The position numbers and the translations under genes are program-made. A DNA stretch of 63,699 bases, filler included, from Candidatus Fermentibacterota bacterium (GTDB lineage Bacteria > JAFGKV01): NCBI GenBank assembly GCA_016928395.1. It is 9 parts of 9 records of this genome, joined end to end, with 100 filler letters (N's around TTAATTAATTAA, not from the genome) between each part and the next. Parts side by side here need not be neighbours in the genome. Positions count along the whole stretch, not along the records: positions 1 to 2,686 come from JAFGKV010000252.1; positions 2,787 to 6,907 come from JAFGKV010000253.1; positions 7,008 to 35,520 come from JAFGKV010000254.1; 6 more parts are not named here. One strand, 5' to 3'. This document shows, in pieces, positions 1 to 8,970 of the stretch. Each line of letters opens with the position of its first letter. Position 1 is the first letter of the stretch. Under the pieces are notes generated by a model, which did no database searches, was not told where the DNA came from, and worked only from the letters and a program-made list of their open reading frames with translations.

Positions 1-137
1 CCGAAGGCCAGGCCGGTCATGTCGTCCCGCTTCACCAGGAGACGGGGGCCTCCCAGGAGTTGGGAAAGCCGGGGCAACTCCTGGATGGGTGTTGGCAACA
101 CGGCCAGAGGAACACGGGGCAGATTGTCGCGGGTCAT
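1..137 (-). CDS. D-cysteine desulfhydrase / ACC deaminase family PLP enzyme, N-terminal part (runs off window start)
   Basis: Manual translation, not in the ORF track: MTRDNLPRVPLAVLPTPIQELPRLSQLLGGPRLLVKRDDMTGLAFG. PTP...KRDD.TG is the family N-terminal signature. GGAGGG RBS upstream. Confidence 0.85.
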   Translation of the reverse strand, partial: MTRDNLPRVPLAVLPTPIQELPRLSQLLGGPRLLVKRDDMTGLAF

Positions 138-661
138 GATGTCACCCTCCATGGTTCGGCTGCCGACTCCGGCTATTGTGGGACGCGATGATCCCGCGCA
201 CACATACGCCAACCTTCTCTCCAGTGAAAAGCCAACCCTCTCCAAGCTATGACTCCCGCATCGATCCCGCACGGATGCCGTGGGCGCTCCATGGGGAGGG
301 GCAAACCCCTGAAGGACGGGGACTACCCACGGTAGCCAACGCTCATGGTCCCGGACCTTGCCCGCGGGCACCTCCACATCGTCTTCTACAGCGAGGGGCT
401 TCCTGGAATAGTCCGGGAGGTGTTGGCTCATCCCCTGAAGACTGGACCTATCTCATCATGGCGGTGGACGCTGGGGAAGGGGAGCTTGTGTGCTCGGATC
501 GTGCGGGAGCCCGTGACTTTGCAGCAGAAGCTCCATAAGTTCGAGCCCTCACGTACGACGTTCCAGGGCGTAGGAATGACTTCCATAGGCCGGGCTGCCC
601 GCCGAGCGCGCCGCGGCGTATGCGCCCTCCCACTCAATCCCATTCATGCGAGGTTGTGACG

Positions 662-1228
662 ATGGACTTCACCCAGGGGTGGCCCGTGTGGGCCCTGGCT
701 ATAACGGTGTTCGTGCTTCGTATCGTCGACGTGTCCCTTGGCACGGTGCGAACCATCGCGGTTGTACACGGCCGGACGAAGGTGTCGGTCTTCCTTGGCT
801 TCATCGAGGTGCTCATCTGGATTACGGTGGTTTCGCAGGTGATCGTGCGGGTCAAGGACGATCCTCTGCTTCTCTTCGCCTATGCCTGTGGTTTCGCGGC
901 GGGCAATGCCACGGGGATCTGGCTGGAGCGCAAGCTTGCGTTCGGGCTGGTGGTGATCAGGATGATCTCAGCCGAGCACGGCCATGGCATCGCCGACAGG
1001 CTCAAGGCCATGGACCAGCCCTACACCATCTTCCACGGTGAGGGGCGAACCGGAACCCGTACCCTGTTCTACATCCTGTGCGCCAGAGCCACCATGGATC
1101 GCATCATTGCGGTGGCCAAATCCGTGGATCCGGGGCTCTTCTACGCAGTGGAACGGGCATCGGAGGCCCGGCACGTCACCATGCACCCGAGTCCGACAGG
1201 GTGGCGCGCCGTGGCCAAGAGGAAGTAG
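662..1228 (+). CDS. UPF0316 / DUF5698-DUF2179 family membrane protein
   Basis: RIVDVSLGTVRTI...GFIEVLIW...YACGFAAGNATGI motif; three N-terminal hydrophobic segments plus a soluble C-terminal domain. Confidence 0.85.
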   Translation: MDFTQGWPVWALAITVFVLRIVDVSLGTVRTIAVVHGRTKVSVFLGFIEVLIWITVVSQVIVRVKDDPLLLFAYACGFAAGNATGIWLERKLAFGLVVIRMISAEHGHGIADRLKAMDQPYTIFHGEGRTGTRTLFYILCARATMDRIIAVAKSVDPGLFYAVERASEARHVTMHPSPTGWRAVAKRK

Positions 1229-1332
1229 GGGAGAGGCGGGTAGGCGTGGGGCCGATGGGGGTTGCGTTGATGGGGGAACGTCATGCGAGAGTTCGAGTCA
1301 GGGAGGAATGGGGGGAAGAGGACCTATGGGAG

Positions 1333-1369
1333 CATATAGGACCTATCCTATATAGGACAGGTCCTATAT
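1333..1369. repeat. AT-rich palindromic element between convergent genes (near-identical copy at 49969-49990)
   Basis: catataggacctatcctatata (1333-1354) matches catataggacgtatcctatata (49969-49990) at 21/22 positions. An overlapping second palindrome tataggacaggtcctata follows. Confidence 0.65.
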
Positions 1370-1382
1370 CATTTGGAGACGC

Positions 1383-1766
1383 CTACTCTTCCGTGATGGG
1401 TTCCTCCACAGACTCGCCCCGCAGCAGCCGCTCGGCGGTGTCAACGTCGATCTCTCCCGCCCGGAGTCTCCGAAGCACTGCGGTGGGGTGCGGAGGAGTA
1501 GGGCCGTGGCCGAGCTCCAGGAACATGCCCTCGATGCGCTGACGGGCGGTGGGGTATGACACGCCCAGAGCACGCTGCACGTCACGCACATTGCCGCGGG
1601 CAGTCATGTAGAGATCGAAGAGCCGCCGGGTGTCGGCGTTCAGTCGGCACACGGGACACAGTGGATACTGGCCCGTGACCTCGGTCTGACATACGGGGCA
1701 TTCCAGTTTCACCACGGTGAGGCTCGCCCCGCAGGACGGGCAGTGCGGGGGAACTGAACTACTCAT
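1383..1766 (-). CDS. DUF2089 family protein (zinc ribbon + HTH)
   Basis: CPSC...CPVC zinc ribbon, GNVRDVQRALGVSYPTAR HTH, and C-terminal GEIDVDTAERLL. Confidence 0.85.
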   Translation of the reverse strand: MSSSVPPHCPSCGASLTVVKLECPVCQTEVTGQYPLCPVCRLNADTRRLFDLYMTARGNVRDVQRALGVSYPTARQRIEGMFLELGHGPTPPHPTAVLRRLRAGEIDVDTAERLLRGESVEEPITEE

Positions 1767-2686
1767 CGGTCCTCCGTACGGTGATGCTGCCGCCCATCGT
1801 CTTCAGCGCCAGTGAACCGGTGACAGGGCCCGTTCCCAGAGACAAATTCACGACCTGTTTGCCCGCAGCCTTGGACCGCTCCACCTGTGCCAGCCCACCA
1901 TCGACCTCGATAGTGCCGCCTAGCGTGACGGCATGGACCGTGCAGGAGACGTCGACGGGTACCGTGGCGGTGATGGATCCGCCCATGGTATGCAGGCGCC
2001 CATCGCCATGGAAACCGGAGCCAAGATCGAGGGCGATTCCACCGCCCATGGTCTTGGCATCGAAGGGATGGAGAACATCCTCCAGAGCGAGTGTGCCGCC
2101 CATGGTTCGCAGGTGAACCGGGCAGGAGACACCCCTGGTGTGGATACTGCCGCCCATGATCTTCGCCACCACCTTGGCCGCGGTCCCGGGAACCATGATT
2201 CTCAGGTCGCCTTGGGACCAGCGGATACTCAGGCGGCCCTCATGGCGATGGATGCGCACGTCGGCGGTACTCTCCGCGTCCAGCGCGCACTCCTCGCCGG
2301 GGACACCCTCGATGGTGAGTTCGACGGCGCGACGCACCGACATCCTGCGTCCGCGCAGTTGCAGGATTTCCAGTGTCGTACCCGGTGCCACAGTTAGGGG
2401 ATTGCCGTCCCACGGAAGGTGTTCCGCATCGGTTTCCTCCGACTCGTCGGCTCCGAACCCGATGCCGGAGACGGCATCTTCCACGGCAGTGCGCACCATT
2501 GGGCCGATGTCGGAAATGACCTCGCCCAACGCATCGAACGCGGCACCGACGCCACCCCGATCCTTTCCAGTTCGGGGCTCCTGGGCGCGAGACCCCTCAT
2601 CCAAGGCCTTCAGGAGACGCTCGGCCTCCTCCACGGTGATCACCTTGTCGGCGACCATCTTCAGAATCTCCCGCTGTTCGTCACTC
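1759..2686 (-). CDS. SHOCT-like N-terminus + DUF4097 beta-strand-repeat protein (5' end truncated)
   Basis: ILKMVADKVITVEEAERLL N-terminus and repeated (K/T)TMGG-I units. Overlaps the DUF2089 gene as an operon. Confidence 0.75.
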
Positions 2687-2786
2687 NNNNNNNNNNNNNN
2701 NNNNNNNNNNNNNNNNNNNNNNNNNNNNNNTTAATTAATTAANNNNNNNNNNNNNNNNNNNNNNNNNNNNNNNNNNNNNNNNNNNN
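2687..2786. other. Artificial contig linker (also at 6908-7007, 35521-35620, 40828-40927, 43555-43654, 53290-53389, 57619-57718, 60724-60823)
   Basis: Identical N44-TTAATTAATTAA-N44 spacers that place stop codons in all six frames. Confidence 0.98.
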
Positions 2787-3755
2787 AGCGAACTGGGCGA
2801 CACGTGGGGTACGGCGTTGGCCTTCATGGCCCTGGGAGCCGCATCCCGCTGCCGGGGCCAGTTCGCCGTAGCCAGGACCTACTACGAGAAGAGCCTTGCC
2901 GCGCGGCGCGAGTTCGGCAGGGATCCCATCGGTGTGGCGCAGTGCATGTGGCATATCGCGACCACCGCAACGGTGGAGGGCCGCCATGAGGAAGCGATGG
3001 GGCAATTCAGAGAGGCCGGGTGCGCGGCGAAACAAGCCGGGGATCTGGGCCTCGCGGTCCGAAGCCTCACGGGCCTTGCTCGTGCGGCCCGGGCCGAAGG
3101 TTGCCTGGCTGATGCCGGGGGAGCTCTGGAAGAGAGCCTGGCTCTCTGCCAGGCGGCGGGCTTCCGCGAACAACACGCGGAAATTCTTGCAGAGCAGGCC
3201 GACATCGCGCTTGGCCATAACGATGCCGCCGCTGCTCGGCAGGCGGCGGAATGCGCCCTGGCGCTGGATGAGGCGAATCCCCACGCTGGTCTTGTCGCTG
3301 CCCGGTTGGAGCTGCTGAGAGGAAAACGCTCCCAGGCCCTTCGCGACTTGCGCGAGGCTCTGCGCCATGCCCTCCGCCGGCGGGACTGTGAGGTCATTGC
3401 CGAGGTTGCGCTCACCCTTGCTGAGCTTTGCATGCAAGATCGTGATCCCGTTGATGCCGCCACCATGGCCTGGGCCGTGCTGGATAGTCCGGCCACACGC
3501 CTTGACCAGCGCGCCCGCGCCGAGGCTATCCTTGGAGCCCTGGGGCCACGGGATAGCCTATTCGCCCCGCGGCAAGGGAGCAATCCGGAGTCGTCGTTGG
3601 GCGCCGTCGCCGCCCTGGTGCTGTCCCGTGTTCTCCGCTCCTCGTCGTGCGGGGCCGCGGCGGGCGTCGTGCCCCTTTCCCGCCGCAGCCCACGACGCGT
3701 CATGCCTGCGCCCTCCAACCCTAGCGGATCACGACGCACGGCCGCGATGTGCTGA
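2787..3755 (+). CDS. Tetratricopeptide-repeat protein, C-terminal part (5' truncated)
   Basis: Repeated TPR-like helices (ARTYYEKSLAARRE, ALEESLALCQAAG, AAECALALD). Confidence 0.7.
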   Translation, partial: SELGDTWGTALAFMALGAASRCRGQFAVARTYYEKSLAARREFGRDPIGVAQCMWHIATTATVEGRHEEAMGQFREAGCAAKQAGDLGLAVRSLTGLARAARAEGCLADAGGALEESLALCQAAGFREQHAEILAEQADIALGHNDAAAARQAAECALALDEANPHAGLVAARLELLRGKRSQALRDLREALRHALRRRDCEVIAEVALTLAELCMQDRDPVDAATMAWAVLDSPATRLDQRARAEAILGALGPRDSLFAPRQGSNPESSLGAVAALVLSRVLRSSSCGAAAGVVPLSRRSPRRVMPAPSNPSGSRRTAAMC

Positions 3756-6390
3756 AGCTTCCCGCGGTCATGTGCGCGAAGTAGAGCCCGGAGGCAACAC
3801 CCCGTCCCTGCGCATCGGCGCCATCCCACACCACTGTGTGCACTCCTACGCTCTGCGGTCCTGAGGTGAGGGTCTTCAGGAGACGGCCGTCGAGGTCGTA
3901 GATCTCGACTCTGACCTCACCCATATCGGGCACCGCATAGCGCAGCGCCGTTCGTCCGGTTGTGGGATTCGGGCAGGGAGGCGACAGGGTGAACCGGGCT
4001 GGGAGGGCGGCGTCATCCCACTTCTCTTCTCCACTCACGGATGGCACAAACGGTGTTCCGGCAACCCATGTTCCGGCAATGAGCTCGCCGTTGTTTCCAT
4101 GGGGAGACCAGTCGTCAATGGCAGTGCCATTGCCCTCGTTCATCCGCCAGTAGCCGACCAAACCGAGCTCACTCCCTCCCAGATACACGCCCATCGCCGC
4201 GCTGATCTCGGTCGCGGAGCGGACGGTGTTCCACACCCTGACTTCGTCAATGGCGCCGTCGAAGGTGTAGTTCTGGGCACTCCCGTTCCCGATGAACAGC
4301 GCCTCGGTGGCGTTGTCACGGATGGGGCCGGAAGGCTGGCTGGAAAGGGTCAGCGGCTGCTCGAGGCCGTTGATGTACATGCGGACTGAGCCGGTGGCCC
4401 CGTCGTAGGTCGCCGCCACATGATGCCAGTTGCCCAGCACGATAGACGAGTCGGGCGTGCAGCAGACCCGCGGCGGACCGCTGGTGTTCCTCAGAAGCAG
4501 CACAAGGCTGTGAGAGGCATAGGCGTTGCCCGTGCCATTGAGGTAGAGCGCAGTTGCGCTCTTGTCAACGATGCGGCCTGCACCGGAGTTCTGCACTTCG
4601 CCCCAGCCTTCAGGGCATATCCATGCCTCGACGGTTGCGGCGTCGGTGAGAGCGAGGGACGGCGATGCGGCACATTCCACACCGCCACTGGAACCGTCGA
4701 AGCTCAACGCACTCTCCCCATCGAACACCGAGACAAAGGATTCCCGAACCACGGTCTCCGAGACGCTGCCATTATCGACCGTCAGCGAGACGTTGTATGA
4801 ACCTGGAAGAACGTATGTCCACGCCGGGTGCCGCTCTCGGGAATCAACGGTACCATCGTTGTCGAAGTCCCATGCCCAGGCGATTGCGGCGGGGATGGAC
4901 TCAGAGAGATCCGTGAACTGCACCGACAGCGGCGCATGTCCCGTAGAGGGCTCGGCATGCATGTCAGGAACGACATAGGGAGGATGCAAAGACTCGTTTC
5001 GGAAGACCTTGGTGTAGCTCCATTCGGTGATGGCGAGGTCAAGGTCAAGGGAGTAGACGTAGGTGACGGCGACCGTGTCACCCGGAGAGGCGGGCACGCC
5101 CAGGGAGACCCAGCCGCACAGAGGATCGTAGCAGAACTGCGCAGGCGTCAGTTCTGTCCCGTTCAGTTCGATCGCCAGAAGCTCATGCATGGGCGCATGC
5201 GAGACGTAGAACAGACGCCGCCCGTCCGCGACGAACGCCTCCCGAGTTGTGAACAGGGAATCCTCGTCGAAGTCTGCGAACGCGATCTGCTGGGCGCCTG
5301 TGCAGCTGTGTGACCAGGAGGGCTGCTCGGCCAGCATCCCTCCGATGTTCTCGAAGATGAAGGCAGGCCCGCTCCATGACCCGGTTGCCAGGTCGAGATC
5401 GCCATCCCCGTCCAGGTCCGCCCATGCAACCGCCGAAGCCTGTGCTTGGGTTCTGTATGACCACGTCGGAACCGAATCGAGGACACCCGCAGTGTTCTTG
5501 AACACGTGGAAGCCTCGGGGCACATCGGCGACCGCCAGGTCCAAGAAGCCGTCGCCATCCATATCGCCGAAATTCATCTGAAGGCCCCCGCTGACGGCGG
5601 CGGTCGTCCATGTGGGGGTTGTCTCCAGTACTCCTCCATGGTTCATGAATACCGCGATGCCCGTGGAGTCGCCCCACCCGATTGCAAGATCGAGGTCGCC
5701 ATCCCGATCCACATCACCGAACACAGCCGCGCAGCCGTAGTGAAGATCGGCGGTCTCCCACCCCGGCACGGTGTCGAACACTCCGCCGTTGTTGAGGAAC
5801 ATCTTCGACGTCTTCAAGCCCCCGTCGAGCCAGTGACCCTCAGGAAACACGAGGTCAAGGTCACCATCGCCGTCAGGATCACCGCCCGCACAGGCGAAGG
5901 CGTTGCCGGGAGGTGACAGCCAACCTGGTGACGGCTCCAGACCGCCCGCATTGTAGTAGACCACGTGTGGTTCGGGGGCCAGGTTCTGCGTTATCAATCC
6001 CAGTGTGGCGACTGCCACGTCGGGATCACCATCGTTATCGAGATCGCCAATGAACATGCAGTTGGAGGTTCGACTGTCGGTGGAAGTCCATCCGGGAGAG
6101 GTCGAGAGCTGGCCATCTTGGTTGAAGTAGACGAAGTTCGGGCTGTTCGTAACATCGAGACCATGGGTCACCGCCAGGTCCATCCAGCCGTTCGCATCGA
6201 AGTCTGCCCAGCCCAATCCCGTGGGGTAGCTCCCCGCCCTCTGCCAGATCGGCTGCGAGGACATCCGGATCGTGGCGCCAGCGGGAAGACATAGGATTGA
6301 CAGCGCGCCCAACGCGAAGGCGAGGACGACGGGACGACGTCGCGGGCCACCTCCGATCAAGGTGGCGGTGAGGTGACGTGATGCGTGCAT
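3721..6390 (-). CDS. Secreted FG-GAP-repeat + PKD + LamG-like protein with C-terminal FlgD-Ig/T9SS-type domain
   Basis: Multiple DxDGDGDLDLA FG-GAP repeats, a PKD motif (WAWDFDNDG), a LamG motif (WHHVAATYDG, FDGAIDEVRVW), and a PNP...YDLDGR...WDG...SGLYF tail. Start re-called at ATG 6390 after a GAGGAGG RBS. Confidence 0.85.
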   Translation of the reverse strand: MHASRHLTATLIGGGPRRRPVVLAFALGALSILCLPAGATIRMSSQPIWQRAGSYPTGLGWADFDANGWMDLAVTHGLDVTNSPNFVYFNQDGQLSTSPGWTSTDSRTSNCMFIGDLDNDGDPDVAVATLGLITQNLAPEPHVVYYNAGGLEPSPGWLSPPGNAFACAGGDPDGDGDLDLVFPEGHWLDGGLKTSKMFLNNGGVFDTVPGWETADLHYGCAAVFGDVDRDGDLDLAIGWGDSTGIAVFMNHGGVLETTPTWTTAAVSGGLQMNFGDMDGDGFLDLAVADVPRGFHVFKNTAGVLDSVPTWSYRTQAQASAVAWADLDGDGDLDLATGSWSGPAFIFENIGGMLAEQPSWSHSCTGAQQIAFADFDEDSLFTTREAFVADGRRLFYVSHAPMHELLAIELNGTELTPAQFCYDPLCGWVSLGVPASPGDTVAVTYVYSLDLDLAITEWSYTKVFRNESLHPPYVVPDMHAEPSTGHAPLSVQFTDLSESIPAAIAWAWDFDNDGTVDSRERHPAWTYVLPGSYNVSLTVDNGSVSETVVRESFVSVFDGESALSFDGSSGGVECAASPSLALTDAATVEAWICPEGWGEVQNSGAGRIVDKSATALYLNGTGNAYASHSLVLLLRNTSGPPRVCCTPDSSIVLGNWHHVAATYDGATGSVRMYINGLEQPLTLSSQPSGPIRDNATEALFIGNGSAQNYTFDGAIDEVRVWNTVRSATEISAAMGVYLGGSELGLVGYWRMNEGNGTAIDDWSPHGNNGELIAGTWVAGTPFVPSVSGEEKWDDAALPARFTLSPPCPNPTTGRTALRYAVPDMGEVRVEIYDLDGRLLKTLTSGPQSVGVHTVVWDGADAQGRGVASGLYFAHMTAGSFSTSRPCVVIR

Positions 6391-7372
6391 GGTTCTCCTC
6401 CTCATGAACTGAGGCGCAGTGCCGATTCCGCGGACCCAACCGTATGGCAGTCCACGCGGGTGCGGCGTGTCGTGGAGAAAGATCCGTGCCGGCCGTCTCA
6501 GAATCGTCTCACGGCGTACTCTGCCGCTGCCCGGAAGGTTCCCGTTCACGTGCGTTTCTCTGTCGCGATCATCCCTGGATCCGAGAAGGCGGGGCCGAAG
6601 GCCGCTTGACTCCCCGCGCCGGGGAAACGAGCTTGCGTGTGATTGGATGGTACGGCGCACTATACCGGTGATTCGGGCATGCGGGGTCGAACCGAACGCC
6701 GGCAGAGCTCTGGCCTCCAGCCACGAGAGGGGTGCGTATGGATCCTTCTTCCGAGCCGGTGTCTTCCCCGCCTCCTCGTTCGCTCCACCCTCCCAGCTCT
6801 CTAGGCAGAGCCGCCTCACCATACCATTGGTTCAGCCATGTGTTCTCATTCCATTGTACTCGGGTTCATCAGTACGAGGACTAGTGATGATCAGGAATGC
6901 CTACGGANNNNNNNNNNNNNNNNNNNNNNNNNNNNNNNNNNNNNNNNNNNNTTAATTAATTAANNNNNNNNNNNNNNNNNNNNNNNNNNNNNNNNNNNNN
7001 NNNNNNNGAACCTCCTTGGGAGCAACGATGCTCAGGTTCGGGGGTTCGGGGTCCAGAATTGTGCTCGCGAAAGCTCCCATTCGAAACCCCATAGGAGCAC
7101 GGGGCAACGGAGAAGGCCGAGGAGAGCCGATGGTGACAGCCTTCCGCACTTCAGAACAACCGTGGAATCCACGCAGCGAGTAGACCAGGGCCCGATCATC
7201 CCACGCCCACCCCGTACCCTTGACATGTCATCAGGTACCGCAGGCATCGGTTGTCCTTCTCCACGTGGTGGTGGCCAAGGAGTACTTGACCAGCCCCACT
7301 GGCAAGGCTTTCCTTGCGAGCCTCTGCCGCGTTGAAGCGGCTTCTATATACTCTGACGAGGTTTGACGTCTC

Positions 7373-8125
7373 ATGCATCTTCCCTCAGCCCTTCTTCTCT
7401 TCCTCGCCGCCTGGGCTGGACAGTCCATGGCGGCAGCCGCCTTGGAGGTGATCCGGCCCCAGGGGGGTGATCCAGCCCCGGCGCCTAATCCGCCGTTCGT
7501 CGAGGCCCTCGTCACTGAGGCCCTCGTCGACGAAGGCGCCTTTGACATCACCATCGACGGCATCGCAGGCGATTTGGATGCTGAAGCCGATGGTATTGAC
7601 AATGACGGCGATGAGCTGGTGGACGAACCCGGCGAACGGCTGGTGACCTGGCCGAGTGGCTCCATGAGCAGGCTCATCGCGCGCTGGCCATGGTCGCTGA
7701 CCGAGGATGATCCCGCAACCGCCGCGAATGAGGGGCTCCACCTGCTGAACATCACGGTCACACTTCCCGGGGGGGAGGTCGTGGAGCAGCGGGTGGCCTT
7801 CGCCGTGTTCAGTACCGGGGGTCTGGACAGCCTCATGGTATGCCCCAGCCCCTTCGACCCGTTTCACCAGGGGGCACGAATCATCTATCGCACCAAGGTC
7901 TCTGGCTCGGTGCGAATACGGATCCATGACTTCCAGGGGCGTGTAGTGACGACGCTGCGTGACTGGAGTGTCACTGATCCGGGGGGCCATTATCGAGGCG
8001 ACACATGGAATGGAAGAGACCGAGAGGGCAGGCCTGTACCCAACGGTGTCTACTATGTTCGGGTCGAATTCGATGATGGGTGTGCCCGAAACGACGTAGT
8101 GGAATCATGTCTCGTTACGCACTGA
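7373..8125 (+). CDS. Secreted protein with C-terminal FlgD-Ig-like domain
   Basis: Signal peptide, a DGIDNDGDELVDE acidic loop, and PSPFDP...IHDFQGRVV...WNGRD...NGVY. Confidence 0.75.
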   Translation: MHLPSALLLFLAAWAGQSMAAAALEVIRPQGGDPAPAPNPPFVEALVTEALVDEGAFDITIDGIAGDLDAEADGIDNDGDELVDEPGERLVTWPSGSMSRLIARWPWSLTEDDPATAANEGLHLLNITVTLPGGEVVEQRVAFAVFSTGGLDSLMVCPSPFDPFHQGARIIYRTKVSGSVRIRIHDFQGRVVTTLRDWSVTDPGGHYRGDTWNGRDREGRPVPNGVYYVRVEFDDGCARNDVVESCLVTH

Positions 8126-8970
8126 TCCTCTTGGCCGGCATCGCGTGGGCGGATCGGGTGGATCCGCCCCTGGAGCCCCACCTCTTCGGCACCCATTCGG
8201 TGGCGCTGGCCGGTGCCTCAGTGGTGGGAGCGCAGGGAGTCGAGGCGCTCTTCGTGAATCCCGCCGGGCGAGTCGTCGGCGCGCGGGCACAGGCCGGTGC
8301 CGGGGTCCAGACGCTTTCGTGCGGGCGCACGGTCGCATGGACTGGCCTCGTGATTCCCCACGGGTCATGGGGCGTCTCGGCCTCCTGGGGAGCGGTTTCG
8401 GCGGTGGACATACCACTGCGAGACGAGGGTGGCGCTCTCATGGGAACGGCCTCATGGGGGAGGCATCGCATTGGAGCCGGGGTTGCACGGGCGCTGGACT
8501 TTCTGACCTATGCAGGCCTTGATGTCCACTACCTGCGCGTTGGCGGGGCAGGTGTGGAGGCCGATGGCTTCGGGGTGGACGCCGGTGTGGTCCGCTTGGT
8601 CTTGCCGCCTCTGCTTGCCGTGGGCGGCGCGGTGCATGATGTCTTCACATCGCTGGCCTATCGGGAGGGCGCCAGTCGACGTGAGACGATCCGGCCCCGC
8701 TTCACCGCCGGGGTGAAGATCGGGCTGGCCGAGGGAAGAGTCCAGATGGAATGGAATCTTTTCACGAGACGCGATTGGAGCCGATGGCGTGCGATGGCTG
8801 GCCTTCAGGCCAAGGTCGGGCGCGGGCTGGTTGCCCGTATCGGTTATGGTGACAGGGGACTGACGGCCGGCATCGGTCTGTCATCCGGCCACGTGGGCAT
8901 AGGGTACGCAATGATGCCAGACGGCTTGGGCAGCCTTGGCCGCGGCGTGGAGGCAGTATGGACGCGATAG
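8107..8970 (+). CDS. PorV/PorQ-like outer-membrane beta-barrel protein
   Basis: ALAGA...ALFVNPAG, DIPLRDEGG, GFGVDAG and RIGY pattern typical of the PorV/UPF0164 family. Confidence 0.65.
   Translation: MSRYALILLAGIAWADRVDPPLEPHLFGTHSVALAGASVVGAQGVEALFVNPAGRVVGARAQAGAGVQTLSCGRTVAWTGLVIPHGSWGVSASWGAVSAVDIPLRDEGGALMGTASWGRHRIGAGVARALDFLTYAGLDVHYLRVGGAGVEADGFGVDAGVVRLVLPPLLAVGGAVHDVFTSLAYREGASRRETIRPRFTAGVKIGLAEGRVQMEWNLFTRRDWSRWRAMAGLQAKVGRGLVARIGYGDRGLTAGIGLSSGHVGIGYAMMPDGLGSLGRGVEAVWTR

Noticed and set aside
2731-2742. TTAATTAATTAA recurring eight times
   Set aside because: Artificial stop-codon linker inside N-runs; not biological.
6391-6822. N-terminal extension of the 1033-aa ORF (also the listed upstream starts of pdp, uvrB, selA, nfnA and HRDC)
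   Set aside because: Downstream starts have RBSs, signal peptides or translational coupling, and the extensions look non-coding.
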